Assembly (NCBI GenBank): GCA_040437565.1
Contig: JBDOQK010000076.1
Location: 62,001-115,614 of the forward strand
DNA length: 53,614 nt
Source: Albugo candida
Lineage: Eukaryota
Direction of reading: 5' to 3'
Positions 50,951 through 53,614 of the stretch are shown piece after piece. A model generated the notes under the pieces. That model ran no database searches. It was not told the origin of the DNA and worked only from the letters and a program-made list of their open reading frames with translations. A program made the translations under genes and the position numbers. How positions within the stretch are numbered: the first letter of the stretch is position 1; every line of letters begins with the position of its first letter.

Positions 50951-52900
50951 AGGTCAGATGGTTTCATTCCATAATAATCCTACATGCCTTGTGAGTTGAT
51001 AGACCTCACAGACAACGAAGTTTCGAGTGCGTCTTAACCTCATGGACATTGTATTGACTTTAATATAAATTACACATATGGACGTAGTATTTTGAAACTT
51101 AACACAAATACACGCTATTCTTCCATTCGACCCAAGCGTCTCTATTTGATTCTTGAGTTTCACTTGATGTACTCATTAGACGACAAGAGAACTCGGTCGG
51201 GATGATCGTATAATTGGGCTTGCGAAGCGAGTAGTTTTTGTTCGAACGCATTCGTCTTCAATACGATTCGAGCATTTTTGCACGTCAGTGACTTGAATGA
51301 ATTGCTTCGGAATGAAATTTTCACTACTTCTTGATCTGACATTTGACTTTTCTCTCAGCATTCTGGCAATTGTCGTTTCACAACATTAATTTATTCGTTG
51401 GATTGCCTCGAAAAGTATCCCTCCTGCTGTCATAAAGCTTCTAGAGCTACTTGTAGTTCTATTGAAGTCGCTTGCCTCGCATTTCCTCAATCGATTCTAA
51501 TGGAACTTGCTCCATTAGGTTATATTGTTTCCGCTTCTACAGACCGCCATCTGCTGTGGCTTTCATTTCTAAATATTTCTCGTTCCACAGGGTCCAAGTG
51601 AGCCTTTTATTAATCGCAATCATTCGTATGTGAACTTAGCGTTCTGGTTCTTGACGACGCTCTATCAATTGTGATGTCATGTTGTTGCTTTCAAGGTGGA
51701 TGATGAGCTATAACCATGTCGTTTGAGATCCAACAAGGGTACTTCTACATCCTGAGCGTCTAGTTCTGCCAGTAAGCGCTCCTTTCTTTTTGACCTGAGC
51801 CAGTTCCTCCAAAATTGCTTCACTTGGAGACTCGACTTCTAGAGTGGGAGACTTACTCCGTCCTATCTATTCGCTTCCTCTGATCATTATCGATTACCAA
51901 AGCGTCAAAAGCTCAATGTAAATAAGTTGAGTGCGTACTTGCTCTTTTTGAAACTCCAATGATGTCGACTGATGCTTTTGTTGTTCTAATAAAGCTTTCA
52001 ACATACATAACGTTTGCCTTTCCGATATCTTTTCCTATTTTGAAAACAAAGCCGGCGCCTTGAAGTACAGAGACAGCGTGCTGGTTTCGATCACTCGTTT
52101 TGGTCTATTTCTTTATTTCTTGATCTGCTCTTCATCCTCTCTACCCGTAGTTTTTCATCCTTGGTTCGACCTGGAAATCTCTTTCAATCCCAATTTCACC
52201 ATCCATGTTGTCAGAACTCATCTTGTTTGTACCAATCTATAGGGTGTCACGTCACGCAACAGTGCCTCTTGCTAAAGGATCAGTTGGATTTGGAGTGTAA
52301 TAAGACATTCACTCCTTTTGATGATTTTATCATGCTGGAGTGATTGGCCTGTTTCGTCAATATTTGTGCTCACATTCAAAATGAAGTACAAAATATTTGC
52401 CCCTGACCACAATAGTGCTTTTCAATCCAACACGTAATTGCAGTGGCGGTGTGATGATAGTATTTCGTCAAACTTTCGTTGTTTGAAAAGACCGAAGATC
52501 TACCCGAAAGAAGCACTCGACATCACTTTTTGTTTGTTCGCTTTCCAATTCTCGATGAACCGTTCGAGATCTAGGCAATAGAAAGTTTTTTCCGTTATTT
52601 GCGCCAACACGTTCTATTCGGCCGTAACACATCTTCTATTTGATGATTTGAAAACACCATACTATCCAGGTAACGATGCTTCGAGTGGAACACGTCGATA
52701 TGAACCCAGTCGACGTGATTGTATTCCGAAGCTGGGTATGGTAGACGGTTGGGGAATCCAGCATACCATTGAAATGGGATTCAAAAGATCATTACGGCGT
52801 AAGAATCGACTAAATTTCATCTGAGTGTCGGAAGAGCTATATAACATGGTATACAAACACGCTGAGTGTTTCCGTCCACCACATTCACGAATTCATTTCA
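50950..52900 (-). pseudogene. Possible decayed coiled-coil protein gene
   Basis: The minus strand is purine-rich, with E/K/Q/L-rich fragments such as EAILEELAQVKRKERLLAELDAQDVEVPLLDLKR (~51720-51820) and FEQKLLASQAQL...YIK*KLKNQIETL. No family recognised; many stops. Confidence 0.3.
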
Positions 52901-53614
52901 CACAAACAATAATTTTACCGACTCCAAATTGATACCCAGGTAGAGGGTTTAAAAACATATATCTCACGACTATTTAAATATTATCTAGTTGCCGAAGCAA
53001 TCAAATTGGAATCGATTCCGATACTTGAAAAGTTGCGAGCAACTTCGACTCGCGGAGAAATGTTGAAAATTTGAATGCCAAAATCCAAGAGAAAGCTTCA
53101 ACTACAAAGAATCAAGAGAACATCTCACAATATCGCCGACGTGATGTTGAGTATGGAAAGCTAGTTTTGGAAGCCGTCGCAGCTCTACATCGCACCCAAG
53201 ATACCAATCAGTCACAGCATTTTGTCGAAGCGTGTCTCAAACAATATAATTCTCGGTCTAGATTAATGTCAAATGCAATCCAGATGAGAGAAGCTCTCCT
53301 TATGTGAAGCATTTTAGAACTCCTCCAATAGTTTTTTTCTTCTCTGCCTTCCGGATAGTTCTTGTCGTCACGTACCGATCTAAAATCCGACCAAGACTTG
53401 TGGCACCATGACAGCACACCCAAGGGTAACCATTGATGTATATATGCATGATAGGTGGGGTGTCATGGGCTTCCTTTATCTCTCCGATACAGAATAAGCT
53501 AATCCACGTGGTAAGAGCAAACCAGATTCTTAATTCGATTCAAGATTCCTTTGCATCAAAAGAGCAACAGAGCCTCTCAACTTGCCTAAGTACGGCCGAG
53601 ATCGTGGAAGCTAT

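Overview
Eukaryotic, fairly AT-rich genomic DNA with short (~45-60 nt) GT-AG introns and very tight gene packing. It is most consistent with an oomycete such as Albugo; that is an inference from gene content and layout, not a database match. The window is largely a graveyard of non-processed pseudogenes. Between about 16.2 and 24.4 kb lie decayed copies of a choline/ethanolamine phosphotransferase, Ku70, REI1/ZNF622, D-2-hydroxyglutarate dehydrogenase and an ABCB transporter. A myosin motor-domain relic sits at about 43-44.7 kb. The first 13 kb hold a cluster of predicted secreted-protein genes. One is the only long intact ORF in the window (4587-5564, minus): a signal-peptide protein with a pepsin-like C-terminal lobe whose catalytic D[ST]G motif reads NYG. 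It has a disrupted paralog, and two disrupted paralogs of a second, Cys-containing family lie nearby. Repeats include a tRNA-derived SINE with target-site duplication, a ~172-bp satellite folded into a ~1-kb palindrome, two other degenerate satellites and a microsatellite. I found no prokaryotic-type system (CRISPR, operon). Long stretches (about 27-35, 38-42 and 46-53 kb) look like decayed coding DNA that I cannot assign by eye.
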